Shown: piece after piece, positions 25,679 through 34,666 of the stretch
How the letters are laid out: every line of letters begins with the position of its first letter
Position numbering within the stretch: the first letter of the stretch is position 1
Assembly (NCBI GenBank): GCA_964507605.1
Contig: CAZDQA010000001.1
Coordinates: 1-40,060 of the forward strand
DNA from: an uncultured Pseudomonadales bacterium
GTDB lineage: Bacteria > Patescibacteriota > Microgenomatia > UBA1400 > CG1-02-47-37
Direction of reading: 5' to 3'
Length of the DNA stretch: 40,060 nucleotides
Program-made: the position numbers and the translations under genes
Notes under the pieces: model-generated
Told to the model about the DNA's origin: nothing
The model's input: only the letters and a program-made list of their open reading frames with translations
Databases searched by the model: none

Positions 25679-28600
25679 ACTAACCGACTTTTCCACCCTA
25701 CAAATAAAACTCGCCTCGCCCGAGGTGATCAAAAGTTGGTCTCACGGCGAAATTCTCAAACCGGAAACCATTAACTACCGGACCCTCAAACCGGAAAAAG
25801 ACGGTTTATTCTGCGAGCGCATTTTTGGTCCTACCAAAGATTGGGAATGCTACTGCGGTAAATATAAGCGCATCCGCTACCGCGGCATTATCTGTGACAA
25901 ATGCGGCGTTGAAGTTACTCAAAGCCGCGTCCGCCGCGAACGCATGGGCCATATTAACCTGGCTTGCCCGGTGGCCCACATCTGGTTTTTCAAAGGCGCT
26001 CCCTCCCATTTATCTTTAATTTTAAATATTTCTCCCCGTAACTTAGCCGGCGTTATTTATTTTGCCAAATATTTAGTGATTGATATTGACAAAGATCTCA
26101 AAAAATCTACCTTTGCCAACCTTGATCGGCAATTTACTGACAAAATTAAAGAGCTCGATAATCAGTTGAAATTGGATATCAAAGCCGCCGAAACTGCCCA
26201 AACCCAAACCGTTAAAGATATTAAAGCCAAAATCAAAACCAAAGAGCAGGCCGAGATGGCTATCAACGAAGCCAGCCTTAAAACCAAGCGCGCCATTGCC
26301 TCTTTTAGAGAAATTCTGGTCAATGAAAAAGAAACCGCCAAGGAAATTTTCGCCACAGTCAAAGATTTAGTTAAACGCATTTATCCTCACACTGTTCTAA
26401 GCGAAGAAGAATACTTAAAACTGCTCGATTATAATGCCGGCGACTTTACGACCGTGGGCATGGGCGCCGAGGCCATTTTAGAATTAATTAAAAAAATTGA
26501 TTTTGACAAATTAACCGTCCAATATCGTCTGGACGTTCAGAATTATTCCGGTCAACGCCAAATTAAAGCCATTAAATGTTTGCGCATCTTAGAAAGTTTC
26601 CATAAAGTCGGCATCGATCCGGCCTGGATGATCACCACGGTTCTGCCGGTTATTCCTCCGGATTTACGGCCCATGGTCCAGCTCTCCGGCGGCCACTTTG
26701 CCTCCTCGGACATCAACGATCTTTACCGCCGGGTGATCAACCGCAACAACCGCCTTAAACACTTAATGAACTTAGGCGCCCCGGAAATAATTTTAAGAAA
26801 TGAAAAACGCATGCTCCAGGAAGCCGTCGACACTTTAATTGACAGCTCTCAAGCCCGGGCCACTCGCCGCCGGGGAGTTAAAGAACTCCGTTCTTTGGCG
26901 GATATGCTCCGCGGCAAGCAGGGCCGTTTCCGCCAGAACCTGCTCGGCAAACGCGTGGACTATTCCGGCCGTTCCGTTATTGTTGTTGGCCCTGAACTTA
27001 ACTTAAATCAAGCCGGCATTCCCAAGCAAATGGCTTTGGAAATCTTCAAACCCTATGTTTTAAGAGAGTTGATCAATCGGGGATTAGCCCCCAATGTCAA
27101 GTCCGCTAAAAACGTCCTCGACCGCCGCCCGCCGGAAGTTTTCGATATTTTAGAAGATGTTATTAAAGATCACCCGATTTTATTAAACCGCGCCCCCACC
27201 TTGCATAAACTGGGCATCCAGGCCTTTTATCCTGTTTTAGTGGAAGGTAATGCCATTCACCTTCACCCCTGTGTTTGCGCCGGTTATAATGCTGACTTCG
27301 ATGGCGATCAAATGGCCGTTCACGTCCCTTTATCCAAAGAGGCCCAGAAGGAATCGATTGAGTTCATGATGCCCAAAAATAACCTTTTAAAGCCGGCCGA
27401 TGGTTCGCCGGTCACCTTGCCTAACAAAGAAATGGCTTTGGGAATTTACTACTTTACCTCGGTTAATGACCATCTGTCAGCCGATACCACCATTTTTTCT
27501 TCTGAACAGGAAGCTGTTCTGGCCTATCAATCCCAAGCGATTAGCCCCCGCCAACCAATCAAAGTCAGAATCGACAAAGTCATTATCGACACTACGGTTG
27601 GCCGGATTTTATTTAACCAAGCCTTGCCGGCCAGTCTTCGTTTTATCAATCATCCGGTTAAGGCTTCCGACATTAAAACTTTAATTAAAAAAGCCATTGC
27701 CGTTTGTACCCCTGATGAAACCGTCAAGTTAATTGATGATCTGAAAAATTTTGGCTTTAATGCCGTCACTCTTTCCGGTCTGTCTGTTTCCGTTTCTGAC
27801 TGCCGGATTGTTCCGGAAAAAAACAAGATGATTGAAGCCGCCAACAAAAAAGCCGCTTTAATTGAAGAAAATTACAAAAACGGTTTGATTACCCGGGAAG
27901 AAAAGCGCCGCTTGAGCAACCAGCTCTGGATGGAAACTACCGATACGATTGCCGATAAAACCTGGAATAATTTCGACTCAGAAAATTCCGTCAAACTGAT
28001 CATTGATTCCGGCGGCACCCGCGCTTCCAAAGACCAGGTCAAACAGTTGGCCGCCATGCGCGGTTTAGTCATTGATCCTTTGGGTAAAATCGTCGAGTTG
28101 CCGACCAAATCCAACTTCCGGGAAGGTTTATCTATCTTTGAATATGTCACTTCTTCCCGCGGCTCCCGGAAAGGCTTAACCGACTCGGCTATCAAAACCG
28201 CCGACGCCGGCTACTTAACCCGCCGTTTAGTTGATGTTGCCCACGATATGATTATCCGCCTGGAAGATTGTCATACCAAAGACGGCTTAACTATTAAAAA
28301 TAACGGCAAGCGCAGCCAACATTTTGCCACCAGGATCACCAGTCGCTACTTAGCCAAAGATGTTCTTAACCCAAAAACCAAAAAAGTAATTGCCAAGAGA
28401 AATACTTTAGTTGAAGAAGATACGGCCGAGGCCATTGTCAAAGCCAAGGTTGAATCAGTTGTGGTTCGCTCTCCTTTAAGCTGCCAGGCAAAATACGGCA
28501 TCTGTGGCAAGTGTTATGGTTGGGACTTTTCCACCAAAAAAGAAGTTACTATCGGCGCCCCGGTCGGCGTTGTCGCCGCTCAATCAATCGGCGAACCAGG

Positions 28601-29336
28601 CACCCAATTAACCATGCGGGTCAAGCACTTCGGCGGCATTGTTATTTCCGACGTCACCCAAGGTCTGCCCCGCGTCGAAGAACTTTTTGAAATTAGAAAT
28701 CCTAAAATCATTGCTCCTTTAGCCGAAGCCGCCGGTAAAGTTAGCCTTAAAGACACCCCCCGCGGTTATGAAATTACTGTTGCCGATAAAACCTACCTCA
28801 TCCCTTTAACTTCCACTTTAAGGGTTAAAAATCACCAATTGGTCGGCGCCGGCGAACAGTTAGCCTCCGGTTCAGTCAGCATCAAAGATCTTTTAAAAAC
28901 CCGGGGCATGCGGGCTTCCCAGGAATATTTAATTGAAGAAATCCAGGCCGTTTATGAATCCCAGGGTATTCCCATTCACGACAAGCATTTCGAAGTCATT
29001 GTCCGCAAGATGTCTGATAAAGTCCAGGTGGAAACTGTCGGCGATACCGAGCTGTTAATCGGCGAATTTGTCGAAAAAACCAGATTAGAAGAAGAAAACA
29101 GCTTGGCCAAAACCAAAAAAGGCTTAGCGGCCACTGTCCGGGAAGTTATTTTAGGCGTCACCCGCTCTTCTTTGCACACCGAATCTTGGCTTTCCGCCGC
29201 TTCCTTCCAAAATACCTCCAGTGTTTTGACTAACGCCGCCGCCCGAGGTAAAATCGACAAGCTCTTAGGTCTTAAGGAAAATGTGATTATCGGCCGGCTG
29301 ATTCCTACCAGCGAAGAAAGAGCGAGACACGAATAA
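25671..29336 (+). CDS. rpoC: DNA-directed RNA polymerase subunit beta'
   Basis: 1221 aa with a Zn finger ([23 protein letters not shown]), [12 protein letters not shown] and the trigger loop/bridge helix regions. It overlaps the rpoB stop by 8 nt. Confidence 0.95.
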   Translation: MTKLTDFSTLQIKLASPEVIKSWSHGEILKPETINYRTLKPEKDGLFCERIFGPTKDWECYCGKYKRIRYRGIICDKCGVEVTQSRVRRERMGHINLACPVAHIWFFKGAPSHLSLILNISPRNLAGVIYFAKYLVIDIDKDLKKSTFANLDRQFTDKIKELDNQLKLDIKAAETAQTQTVKDIKAKIKTKEQAEMAINEASLKTKRAIASFREILVNEKETAKEIFATVKDLVKRIYPHTVLSEEEYLKLLDYNAGDFTTVGMGAEAILELIKKIDFDKLTVQYRLDVQNYSGQRQIKAIKCLRILESFHKVGIDPAWMITTVLPVIPPDLRPMVQLSGGHFASSDINDLYRRVINRNNRLKHLMNLGAPEIILRNEKRMLQEAVDTLIDSSQARATRRRGVKELRSLADMLRGKQGRFRQNLLGKRVDYSGRSVIVVGPELNLNQAGIPKQMALEIFKPYVLRELINRGLAPNVKSAKNVLDRRPPEVFDILEDVIKDHPILLNRAPTLHKLGIQAFYPVLVEGNAIHLHPCVCAGYNADFDGDQMAVHVPLSKEAQKESIEFMMPKNNLLKPADGSPVTLPNKEMALGIYYFTSVNDHLSADTTIFSSEQEAVLAYQSQAISPRQPIKVRIDKVIIDTTVGRILFNQALPASLRFINHPVKASDIKTLIKKAIAVCTPDETVKLIDDLKNFGFNAVTLSGLSVSVSDCRIVPEKNKMIEAANKKAALIEENYKNGLITREEKRRLSNQLWMETTDTIADKTWNNFDSENSVKLIIDSGGTRASKDQVKQLAAMRGLVIDPLGKIVELPTKSNFREGLSIFEYVTSSRGSRKGLTDSAIKTADAGYLTRRLVDVAHDMIIRLEDCHTKDGLTIKNNGKRSQHFATRITSRYLAKDVLNPKTKKVIAKRNTLVEEDTAEAIVKAKVESVVVRSPLSCQAKYGICGKCYGWDFSTKKEVTIGAPVGVVAAQSIGEPGTQLTMRVKHFGGIVISDVTQGLPRVEELFEIRNPKIIAPLAEAAGKVSLKDTPRGYEITVADKTYLIPLTSTLRVKNHQLVGAGEQLASGSVSIKDLLKTRGMRASQEYLIEEIQAVYESQGIPIHDKHFEVIVRKMSDKVQVETVGDTELLIGEFVEKTRLEEENSLAKTKKGLAATVREVILGVTRSSLHTESWLSAASFQNTSSVLTNAAARGKIDKLLGLKENVIIGRLIPTSEERARHE

Positions 29337-29338
29337 AT

Positions 29339-29851
29339 ATGCCTACCATTAATCAGCTTATCAAAAAAAAGCGCCGTCATAAACCTAATAAAATTAAAGC
29401 GACCGCCTTAAGAAAAACTTTTAATTTTAAAATTAGGCGCATGAAGGCGACCATCAACCCGCAAAAACGCGGGGTTTGTCTGTTGGTCAAAACCATGACT
29501 CCCAAAAAACCCAACTCCGCTTTAAGAAAAGTTGCCCGGGTCCGCTTGTCCAACAAGCAGGAAGTCACCGCTTACATTCCGGGCATCGGCCATGAATTGG
29601 CCGAACACTCGATTGTTTTAGTCCGGGCCGGCCGTGTTCCGGACCTGCCGGGTGTTAAATACCACATTATCAGAGGTAAATACGATACCGCCGGTGTTGT
29701 TAATCGTAAATCCTCCCGATCCAAATACGGCACCAAAAAATCAGGTGCCACTACCAGTACTGCCGCGGTCACTGCCGGAGCTAAACCTGCTCCGACGACC
29801 GTCGGAGTCGCTCCCGCCCCAGCCGCCAAACCAGCCACCACCGCCAAATAA
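29339..29851 (+). CDS. rpsL: 30S ribosomal protein S12 with a small N-terminal insertion and an Ala/Pro/Thr-rich C-terminal tail
   Basis: [41 protein letters not shown] and [14 protein letters not shown]. At 170 aa it is longer than the usual ~125-140 aa. Confidence 0.93.
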   Translation: MPTINQLIKKKRRHKPNKIKATALRKTFNFKIRRMKATINPQKRGVCLLVKTMTPKKPNSALRKVARVRLSNKQEVTAYIPGIGHELAEHSIVLVRAGRVPDLPGVKYHIIRGKYDTAGVVNRKSSRSKYGTKKSGATTSTAAVTAGAKPAPTTVGVAPAPAAKPATTAK

Positions 29852-29854
29852 TAT

Positions 29855-30334
29855 ATGTCCAGATCAGGAAAAATCACCAAAATCACCATTGCCCCCGACC
29901 CGATTTATAACAGCCGTTTAGTGGCCAAAATCATCAATGTGGTCATGAAAGCCGGTAAAAAATCAATTGCCCAAAAACAAGTCTATCAAGCCTTGGATAT
30001 TTTAAAAGAAAAAACCAAAGCCGATCCCTTAAATACCCTGCGCCAGGCCTTAGATAATGTTAAACCTTCCATGGAAGTCCGCTCCCGCCGCATCGGCGGC
30101 GCCGCTTACCAGGTGCCTTCTCCCGTCAGGGGAGACCGCAAAGAATCATTGTCCATTCGCTGGGTGATTAATGCCGCCCGGGCCCGGTCTAATCGGGAAT
30201 TTCATCGTTTTTCCGAAAAGTTAGCCGCCGAACTTTTCGATGCCTTAAATAATCAGGGCGGCGCAATCGAAAAGAAAAACCAGATGACAAAAATGGCCGA
30301 AGCCAATAAAGCTTTCAGTCACTTTAGATGGTAG
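29855..30334 (+). CDS. rpsG: 30S ribosomal protein S7
   Basis: 159 aa with DPIYNSRLVAKIIN, GKKSIAQK, MEVRSRRIGGAAYQVP and ANKAFSHFRW. Confidence 0.95.
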   Translation: MSRSGKITKITIAPDPIYNSRLVAKIINVVMKAGKKSIAQKQVYQALDILKEKTKADPLNTLRQALDNVKPSMEVRSRRIGGAAYQVPSPVRGDRKESLSIRWVINAARARSNREFHRFSEKLAAELFDALNNQGGAIEKKNQMTKMAEANKAFSHFRW

Positions 30335-30367
30335 TATTGTGGCTTCTTTTATAGTGGTTATGATTTT

Positions 30368-30382
30368 TATAACAGTTATAAT
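30368..30382 (+). promoter_or_regulatory. Perfect 13-bp palindrome TATAAC-A-GTTATA overlapping a TATAAT -10 element, leaderless spacing
   Basis: Palindrome at 30368-30380, TATAAT at 30377-30382 and ATG at 30391, an 8-nt gap. Confidence 0.45.
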
Positions 30383-30390
30383 CGTTATTA

Positions 30391-30894
30391 ATGATTCTCC
30401 AATCCAAACCCTTTAAAATCTTCACCCTTGTTTTAGCCGTCACCTTTTACCTCTTGGCTTTTGTCGTTGCCTTTAAACCGGAGCCGTTTTTGCGCTTTGG
30501 CTACTGGGGGATTTTTGCTTTTAACTTAATTGGACCGGGCACTTTTTTAATTCCTGTTGCCAGCCGTCACTTTCTGGTGCTTGGCGTCGCTTTAGCCACC
30601 AGTCTGGGTATGGCTATTAATGACTCGGTGTCCTGGCTGGCCGGTAAAAACGGGGACATTGTTTTTCCTCGTGGCCGGCGGGTCGCCCGCATCGAAGCCG
30701 CGATTAAAAAATACGGCCCCTTTGCTCTGTTCTTTTGGGCGATTATCCCTTTTCCCTATGACTTTATTGCCGTTATTGCCGGCTATCTCAAACTTCCCTT
30801 TAAGCGCTTTTTAATCCCCACCTTTCTCGGCCGGCTAATAAGATTTCTCTTAATGGGCTTCGGCATCGTCGCCATCTGGGGCAAAGTTATCTGA
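30391..30894 (+). CDS. Small polytopic membrane protein, VTT/DedA (YqaA-like) family candidate
   Basis: 167 aa with ~5 TM segments. The pattern GPGTFLIP...NDSVSWLAGK...FALFFWAIIPFPYDFIAVIAGYL resembles the DedA/YqaA re-entrant motif region. The family call is tentative. Confidence 0.5.
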   Translation: MILQSKPFKIFTLVLAVTFYLLAFVVAFKPEPFLRFGYWGIFAFNLIGPGTFLIPVASRHFLVLGVALATSLGMAINDSVSWLAGKNGDIVFPRGRRVARIEAAIKKYGPFALFFWAIIPFPYDFIAVIAGYLKLPFKRFLIPTFLGRLIRFLLMGFGIVAIWGKVI

Positions 30895-30962
30895 TTTTTT
30901 CTTCTTTATAACGATTTATAACTTTTATGATTTTTATAATTTTTATGTTTTAAACTTTTTTG

Positions 30963-30971
30963 TGCTAAACT
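30963..30971 (+). promoter_or_regulatory. Extended -10 promoter (TGcTAAACT), leaderless spacing
   Basis: TAAACT at 30966-30971 and ATG at 30978, a 6-nt gap. Confidence 0.4.
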
Positions 30972-30977
30972 TAAATC

Positions 30978-31706
30978 ATGGAACCAATCCCGCCAACGGC
31001 GATTCCTCCCCAGCCTCCCATTCCTCCCGTCCCGCCCCCACCGTCGGTTCCGCCCGTTATGCCCCCACCCCCTCCCAAGAAAAAATCCTTTGCCTGGCTA
31101 ATTATCTTGATAATCTTTTTACTTCTTGCCTCCACCGGCGTTTTGGCCTATCAGTACTATCAGCTTAAAACTCAAATAGCCGCCCCTACCCCCAATCCGT
31201 CTCTCACTCCTTCTCCAACTTTAAACCAAGTTATCTCACCAGAACTAACAGCTGAACAAGATGCAACCCTTGACACAACTGCCAACTGGAAAACATATAA
31301 TAATACCTTTTATTCTTTTCGGATAGATTACCCGGTTAGGTTTGAGATTGTTGAAAAAACCAAACGCGAAGATTACTATGACACACTCGCCACATTAACA
31401 TCATCATTCAAAGAATCGATTACCCTCAAAGCAATACATGATATTGATATCTATGAAAAAAATGGGCCAGAAATGGTGGCAGAGCGGGAAGTAATGGACA
31501 GCGGGTTTATATATAATATTACTACCACTAAAATCGGTGATTATTTTGCGGCCATCACTACTTTTGACAACAACCCCGATAAAAAATCTCCTACCATCAC
31601 TATTGCCCACCCCAGTAAGAATCTTTTTATAGTTATTGACATTAACACCGACCTTTCTCGAGTCGAGTTTGACCAAATCCTCGCCACCTTTAAATTCACC
31701 AACTAA
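30978..31706 (+). CDS. Hypothetical surface protein with a Pro-rich cytoplasmic N-terminus, TM anchor and extracytoplasmic domain
   Basis: 242 aa. MEPIPPTAIPPQPPIPPVPPPP...KKKSFAWLIILIIFLLL, then a W-x-TY...YP domain ending FDQILATFKFTN. It is a paralog of the next gene. Confidence 0.7.
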   Translation: MEPIPPTAIPPQPPIPPVPPPPSVPPVMPPPPPKKKSFAWLIILIIFLLLASTGVLAYQYYQLKTQIAAPTPNPSLTPSPTLNQVISPELTAEQDATLDTTANWKTYNNTFYSFRIDYPVRFEIVEKTKREDYYDTLATLTSSFKESITLKAIHDIDIYEKNGPEMVAEREVMDSGFIYNITTTKIGDYFAAITTFDNNPDKKSPTITIAHPSKNLFIVIDINTDLSRVEFDQILATFKFTN

Positions 31707-31709
31707 TTT

Positions 31710-32840
31710 ATGGACAACCCACCTATTCAACCACCAATTCCTCCCACCCCCCTCGTCTCGCCGGAGCCCCCCCAGAAAAAATCCCTTGCCTGGCTGATTA
31801 TTCCTCTGCTGATCTTTCTTTTAGCCTTCGGCGGCTACTTTGTTATCCAAATTAATAAATTCAAACAACAACTTAACCAGCCGACGTCTACTGCTGCCCC
31901 CAGCCCGGTTGTTGTTTTACCCTCGCTTTCACCCGATCTCACTGCCGATTGGCAAACCTACACCAATCAAAAACAGAGCTACTCTCTTAAATATCCGACT
32001 TCCTGGCAGATTAACGAAACCGGCGCCACGGTCGACATTAACAATAAACTTACCCTTGCTAAAGATAACTACATTATTACCATTTATGCCAACATTCAGG
32101 GCATTGGGGGAACGGCCAAACAAGTTCCCTCCATCCCGATTACTGTCGCCGGTTTAAATTTATTCAAAAGAGACATCGGTGACAATCTTTATGAAAACAC
32201 CGGCTCTTTTGAAATCAGCGCCAGCGACTCCAGCCCGACCTTTAAGTATCAAGACAAAACTTACGAAATTTATCTCACTTACCCGTTAGCGGAAAAGGGG
32301 ACCCAAGCCTATTTAGCCAACCTGCAAACTTTCGACCTCATCCTCTCCACCTTTAAATTTGTCGATAGTATCGAGCCAGAATCATCTCCATCAACGCCAT
32401 TAGCAAAAATCCCGACGATATCCACCGACAACTGGAAGAGTGCCAGTAATAACGGAGTTCAATTTAAAATTCCCCCGGAAGCTACTTGCAATGATAATCA
32501 AGCTTGCACCTTAATATCTTGGACTTCTGAATATCAGGGAAATACGCTTTATCACAATATTCGCGTTGAGGTAAAAGATTATCTTGGAGGCTCAAGGAGA
32601 GAACAATTTTATCAAAACACTAAACCGGAATGTCATGATATTTATCAAGAAGCCAGTTTTGGCCCGGTTATAGCCCTGCAAATTGCCATTGACGGCGGTT
32701 GGTGCCAAGGTGGTGGTGGAGGCATTGTCACGGTTATTGGCAACAAATTAGTTATTGTCCACAATCTTTTTTATAACCTGGAAACAAAAGTTATCGATCG
32801 TTGGGACGTTCGGGATACGCTTGTATCAACTTTAAATTAA
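31710..32840 (+). CDS. Hypothetical surface protein, a paralog of 30978..31706 with an extra C-terminal Cys-containing domain
   Basis: 376 aa. MDNPPIQPPIPPTP...KKSLAWLIIPLLIFLL, DWQTYTNQKQSYSLKYP and FDLILSTFKFVD. Confidence 0.7.
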   Translation: MDNPPIQPPIPPTPLVSPEPPQKKSLAWLIIPLLIFLLAFGGYFVIQINKFKQQLNQPTSTAAPSPVVVLPSLSPDLTADWQTYTNQKQSYSLKYPTSWQINETGATVDINNKLTLAKDNYIITIYANIQGIGGTAKQVPSIPITVAGLNLFKRDIGDNLYENTGSFEISASDSSPTFKYQDKTYEIYLTYPLAEKGTQAYLANLQTFDLILSTFKFVDSIEPESSPSTPLAKIPTISTDNWKSASNNGVQFKIPPEATCNDNQACTLISWTSEYQGNTLYHNIRVEVKDYLGGSRREQFYQNTKPECHDIYQEASFGPVIALQIAIDGGWCQGGGGGIVTVIGNKLVIVHNLFYNLETKVIDRWDVRDTLVSTLN

Positions 32841-32842
32841 CC

Positions 32843-32989
32843 ATGGACCAACCAATCCCTTCCACCCCCTTTGTCTCGCCGAAGCCTACGGCGAAGGCGG
32901 AGCCGGTTTTTACCCAAACCCCGGTCGCGCCGGAACCGCCTAAAAAATCCTCCAAATGGTTGATTAACCTGCAGGGTCCGACCCTGTAG
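32843..32989 (+). pseudogene. 5' fragment of a third Pro-rich anchored paralog, cut off at hairpin H4
   Basis: MDQPIPSTPFVSPKP...PPKKSSKWLI matches the N-terminus of both neighbours up to the first residues of the TM helix. It then reads NLQGPTL* out of the hairpin repeat. Confidence 0.65.
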
Positions 32990-32992
32990 GCC
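32967..32992. repeat. REP-like hairpin copy H4
   Basis: a-CCTGCAGGG-tccga-CCCTGTAGG-cc followed by TTATTTTT. It abuts the stop codon of minus-strand gene 32993..33475. Confidence 0.75.
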
Positions 32993-33475
32993 TTATTTTT
33001 CCTGACACTCTATTCTTGCTTCAACAGTAAATTTACTATCCACCCTCAGGAATATATCTGCCGGCGTACCTAATTCTTCAAAGATGATTAACGCCTCTTT
33101 TTCAAATCCTAAACCCTCGTCTGGGATAACCATTACTCCCGGCGCTGCCTGTATTGGTGAACCACGTCGAATCAAACATATTTCATCTTCACCTTTTCTC
33201 ATAAAAACTTCTGCTCTGCCACAGCTGACAACTGCGACTGTGGGTTTTCCGCTTGCAATCTTTTTATATTTAGCAGGATTAGGGTAAATAAAAACGCCTT
33301 CGTCTTGTCTGTTTGGATCGCCGGGGGCGGTTAAAAATTCCCCTTCTTGTGTTGGTTTCCAAATTGGCTGCCTAAGTTTATCGGTGATTTCTATTGATTG
33401 CCAGGCTGGTCTTCGTTCTCCCTCAACCCCTCTTTGTCCTGCCGCTTCTCTTATTGAAACTTGAATAGATACCAT
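32993..33475 (-). CDS. Hypothetical protein (cassette gene 1)
   Basis: 160-aa ORF preceded by the shared promoter/stem-loop module. It shares short motifs (PIWKP; GRAEVF..KG) with the 142-aa cassette protein. I recognise no family. Confidence 0.6.
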   Translation of the reverse strand: MVSIQVSIREAAGQRGVEGERRPAWQSIEITDKLRQPIWKPTQEGEFLTAPGDPNRQDEGVFIYPNPAKYKKIASGKPTVAVVSCGRAEVFMRKGEDEICLIRRGSPIQAAPGVMVIPDEGLGFEKEALIIFEELGTPADIFLRVDSKFTVEARIECQEK

Positions 33476-33492
33476 AAATTTTTTACTAAAAA

Positions 33493-33528
33493 TCTCTGCT
33501 TCGGGCAGAGATAATTAAAATTATAACA
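33493..33528 (-). promoter_or_regulatory. Shared module copy a: extended -10 promoter plus 19-nt stem-loop
   Basis: On the coding strand: TGtTATAAT (complement of 33520-33528), 8 nt, then TCTCTGCCCGAAGCAGAGA (33511-33493), 17 A/T-rich nt and the ATG at 33475. Confidence 0.55.
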
Positions 33529-33546
33529 TTTCCCTGACAAAATACT

Positions 33547-33572
33547 ACCTACAAGGTCCAACCTTGCAGGCC
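33547..33572. repeat. REP-like hairpin copy H5
   Basis: a-CCTACAAGG-tccaa-CCTTGCAGG-cc followed by TTTTATTTTTT. It ends 2 nt before the stop of minus-strand gene 33575..33784. Confidence 0.75.
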
Positions 33573-33574
33573 TT

Positions 33575-33784
33575 TTATTTTTTCTTCTCCGGTTGGTGGA
33601 TAAAAAACATTCTTTCCGTGTCAATTTCCGGAATCACCACTGCCAAAGGGTTATTGTCTGCCCCCCCCACAACCTGAGCTTTTAACTCTTTAATTGCCAC
33701 ATAAGGTTCATCATCTTCATGATTGCTGTAATTAATCATTGTTCCCGGCTTAATCGTGATTGTTTTTATTTCTGGTTGGGTCAT
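33575..33784 (-). CDS. Hypothetical small protein
   Basis: 69-aa ORF. On the coding strand TAAAAT lies 5 nt before the ATG, which is leaderless-type spacing. No stem-loop module and no recognisable family. Confidence 0.4.
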   Translation of the reverse strand: MTQPEIKTITIKPGTMINYSNHEDDEPYVAIKELKAQVVGGADNNPLAVVIPEIDTERMFFIHQPEKKK

Positions 33785-33810
33785 AAGCTATTTTACTCTA
33801 TTTTTCCCGC

Positions 33811-33839
33811 TTGCTTTTCCCAAAGAGAGAGAGTAATAT
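33811..33839 (+). promoter_or_regulatory. Promoter of small ORF copy 1 (TTGCTT-N17-TAATAT) with (AG)5 in the spacer
   Basis: TTGCTT at 33811-33816, (AG)5 at 33824-33833, TAATAT at 33834-33839 and ATG at 33848, an 8-nt gap. Confidence 0.5.
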
Positions 33840-33847
33840 TCTGGTCA

Positions 33848-34072
33848 ATGGGATTAGAAATAGGAATACAACAAGCAAAGATGGGCGCCGTTGGTGATGA
33901 GTTTAAAACAGCCACTCCGCCCCCGCCATTAGCTCCAAGAGAGTTAACACCTGCGCAAATTGTTGCCGGTCCTGATATTGGTCAAATGCAAGATTTAGCC
34001 GGCCAAATCGGCCAGTTAGCTCAGGCCCCCCAAAAAGTTGAAGCCCCTGCAACCCCCACTCCAGCTCAATAA
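33848..34072 (+). CDS. Small Pro/Gln/Ala-rich protein, family copy 1
   Basis: 74 aa: MGLEIGIQQAKMGAVGDEFKTATPPPPLAPRELTPAQIVAGPDIGQMQDLAGQIGQLAQAPQKVEAPATPTPAQ. The same frame stays open in the diverged third copy. Confidence 0.5.
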   Translation: MGLEIGIQQAKMGAVGDEFKTATPPPPLAPRELTPAQIVAGPDIGQMQDLAGQIGQLAQAPQKVEAPATPTPAQ

Positions 34073-34108
34073 TTTCCTTAAACTTTTTCCTAGAGAGATT
34101 TATCATGA

Positions 34109-34134
34109 TCCTTCAAGGTCCGTCCCTGAAGGCC
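34109..34134. repeat. REP-like hairpin copy H6 (also a plausible intrinsic terminator for the + small ORF)
   Basis: t-CCTTCAAGG-tccgt-CCCTGAAGG-cc followed by TTATTTTATT. It lies between convergent genes. Confidence 0.75.
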
Positions 34135-34139
34135 TTATT

Positions 34140-34568
34140 TTATTCGCTGAAAGCGCCCACAATTTTGATTTCTTTTACCGGTTGGCCGTCAACTTTTATA
34201 GTTAATCCCATAGTGGCGCCGGAATGGAAAAATATTTCTGCTCTGCCTCCTTTAGCGCTGGCGCGGTCGTTCACGATGGTGACTGGGCCAATGGTTTCTG
34301 GTTCATCTATAGTAATTAATCCCTTTTCTCCCCAAAACACTTCAGCCCCCCCACTGCTGTTGATGCCAATGCCTCCGAATGGTTTAGTATTAAAATTAAA
34401 ATAAACCCCGTCATACTTATTGCCGTTTTCCGGCTTCCAAAGGGGAATGTCTGTATTATAAAATCCATGGGGGAATTTAGGATGTTCTGTCCAGCCTTCA
34501 TTTGGTCTTGGTTCACGCTCCTGGCTTGAAATGGGATCTCTGGTAAAAATCTGTAAATCCAAATTCAT
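34140..34568 (-). CDS. Hypothetical protein (cassette gene 2, copy 1)
   Basis: 142 aa from the ATG at 34568 (MNLDLQIF...). The TTG-extended 152-aa version in the ORF track would translate the stem-loop itself. It has an internal motif repeat GGAEVFWGEKG / GGRAEIFFHSG. No recognisable family. Confidence 0.6.
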   Translation of the reverse strand: MNLDLQIFTRDPISSQEREPRPNEGWTEHPKFPHGFYNTDIPLWKPENGNKYDGVYFNFNTKPFGGIGINSSGGAEVFWGEKGLITIDEPETIGPVTIVNDRASAKGGRAEIFFHSGATMGLTIKVDGQPVKEIKIVGAFSE

Positions 34569-34576
34569 ATAAAAAA

Positions 34577-34630
34577 TCTCTGCTTCGGGCAGAGACAAAT
34601 GTAATATACCTTAGTCTCGACAAATGTCAA
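34577..34630 (-). promoter_or_regulatory. Shared module copy b: TTGACA-N16-TATATT promoter plus 19-nt stem-loop
   Basis: On the coding strand: TTGACA (complement of 34625-34630), TATATT (34603-34608), 7 nt, then TCTCTGCCCGAAGCAGAGA (34595-34577), 8 nt and the ATG. Confidence 0.6.
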
Positions 34631-34640
34631 GGTTTTGTGA

Positions 34641-34666
34641 ACCTTCAGGGTTGATCCCTGTAGGCC
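34641..34666. repeat. REP-like hairpin copy H7
   Basis: a-CCTTCAGGG-ttgat-CCCTGTAGG-cc. It sits between the back-to-back minus and plus promoters. Confidence 0.75.

Noticed and set aside
30962-31168. 68-aa ORF overlapping the start of the first surface-protein gene in another frame.
   Set aside because: It is an alternative-frame artefact of the Pro-rich (CCN-rich) region. The 242-aa frame continues into a TM helix and a domain that is paralogous to the neighbouring gene.
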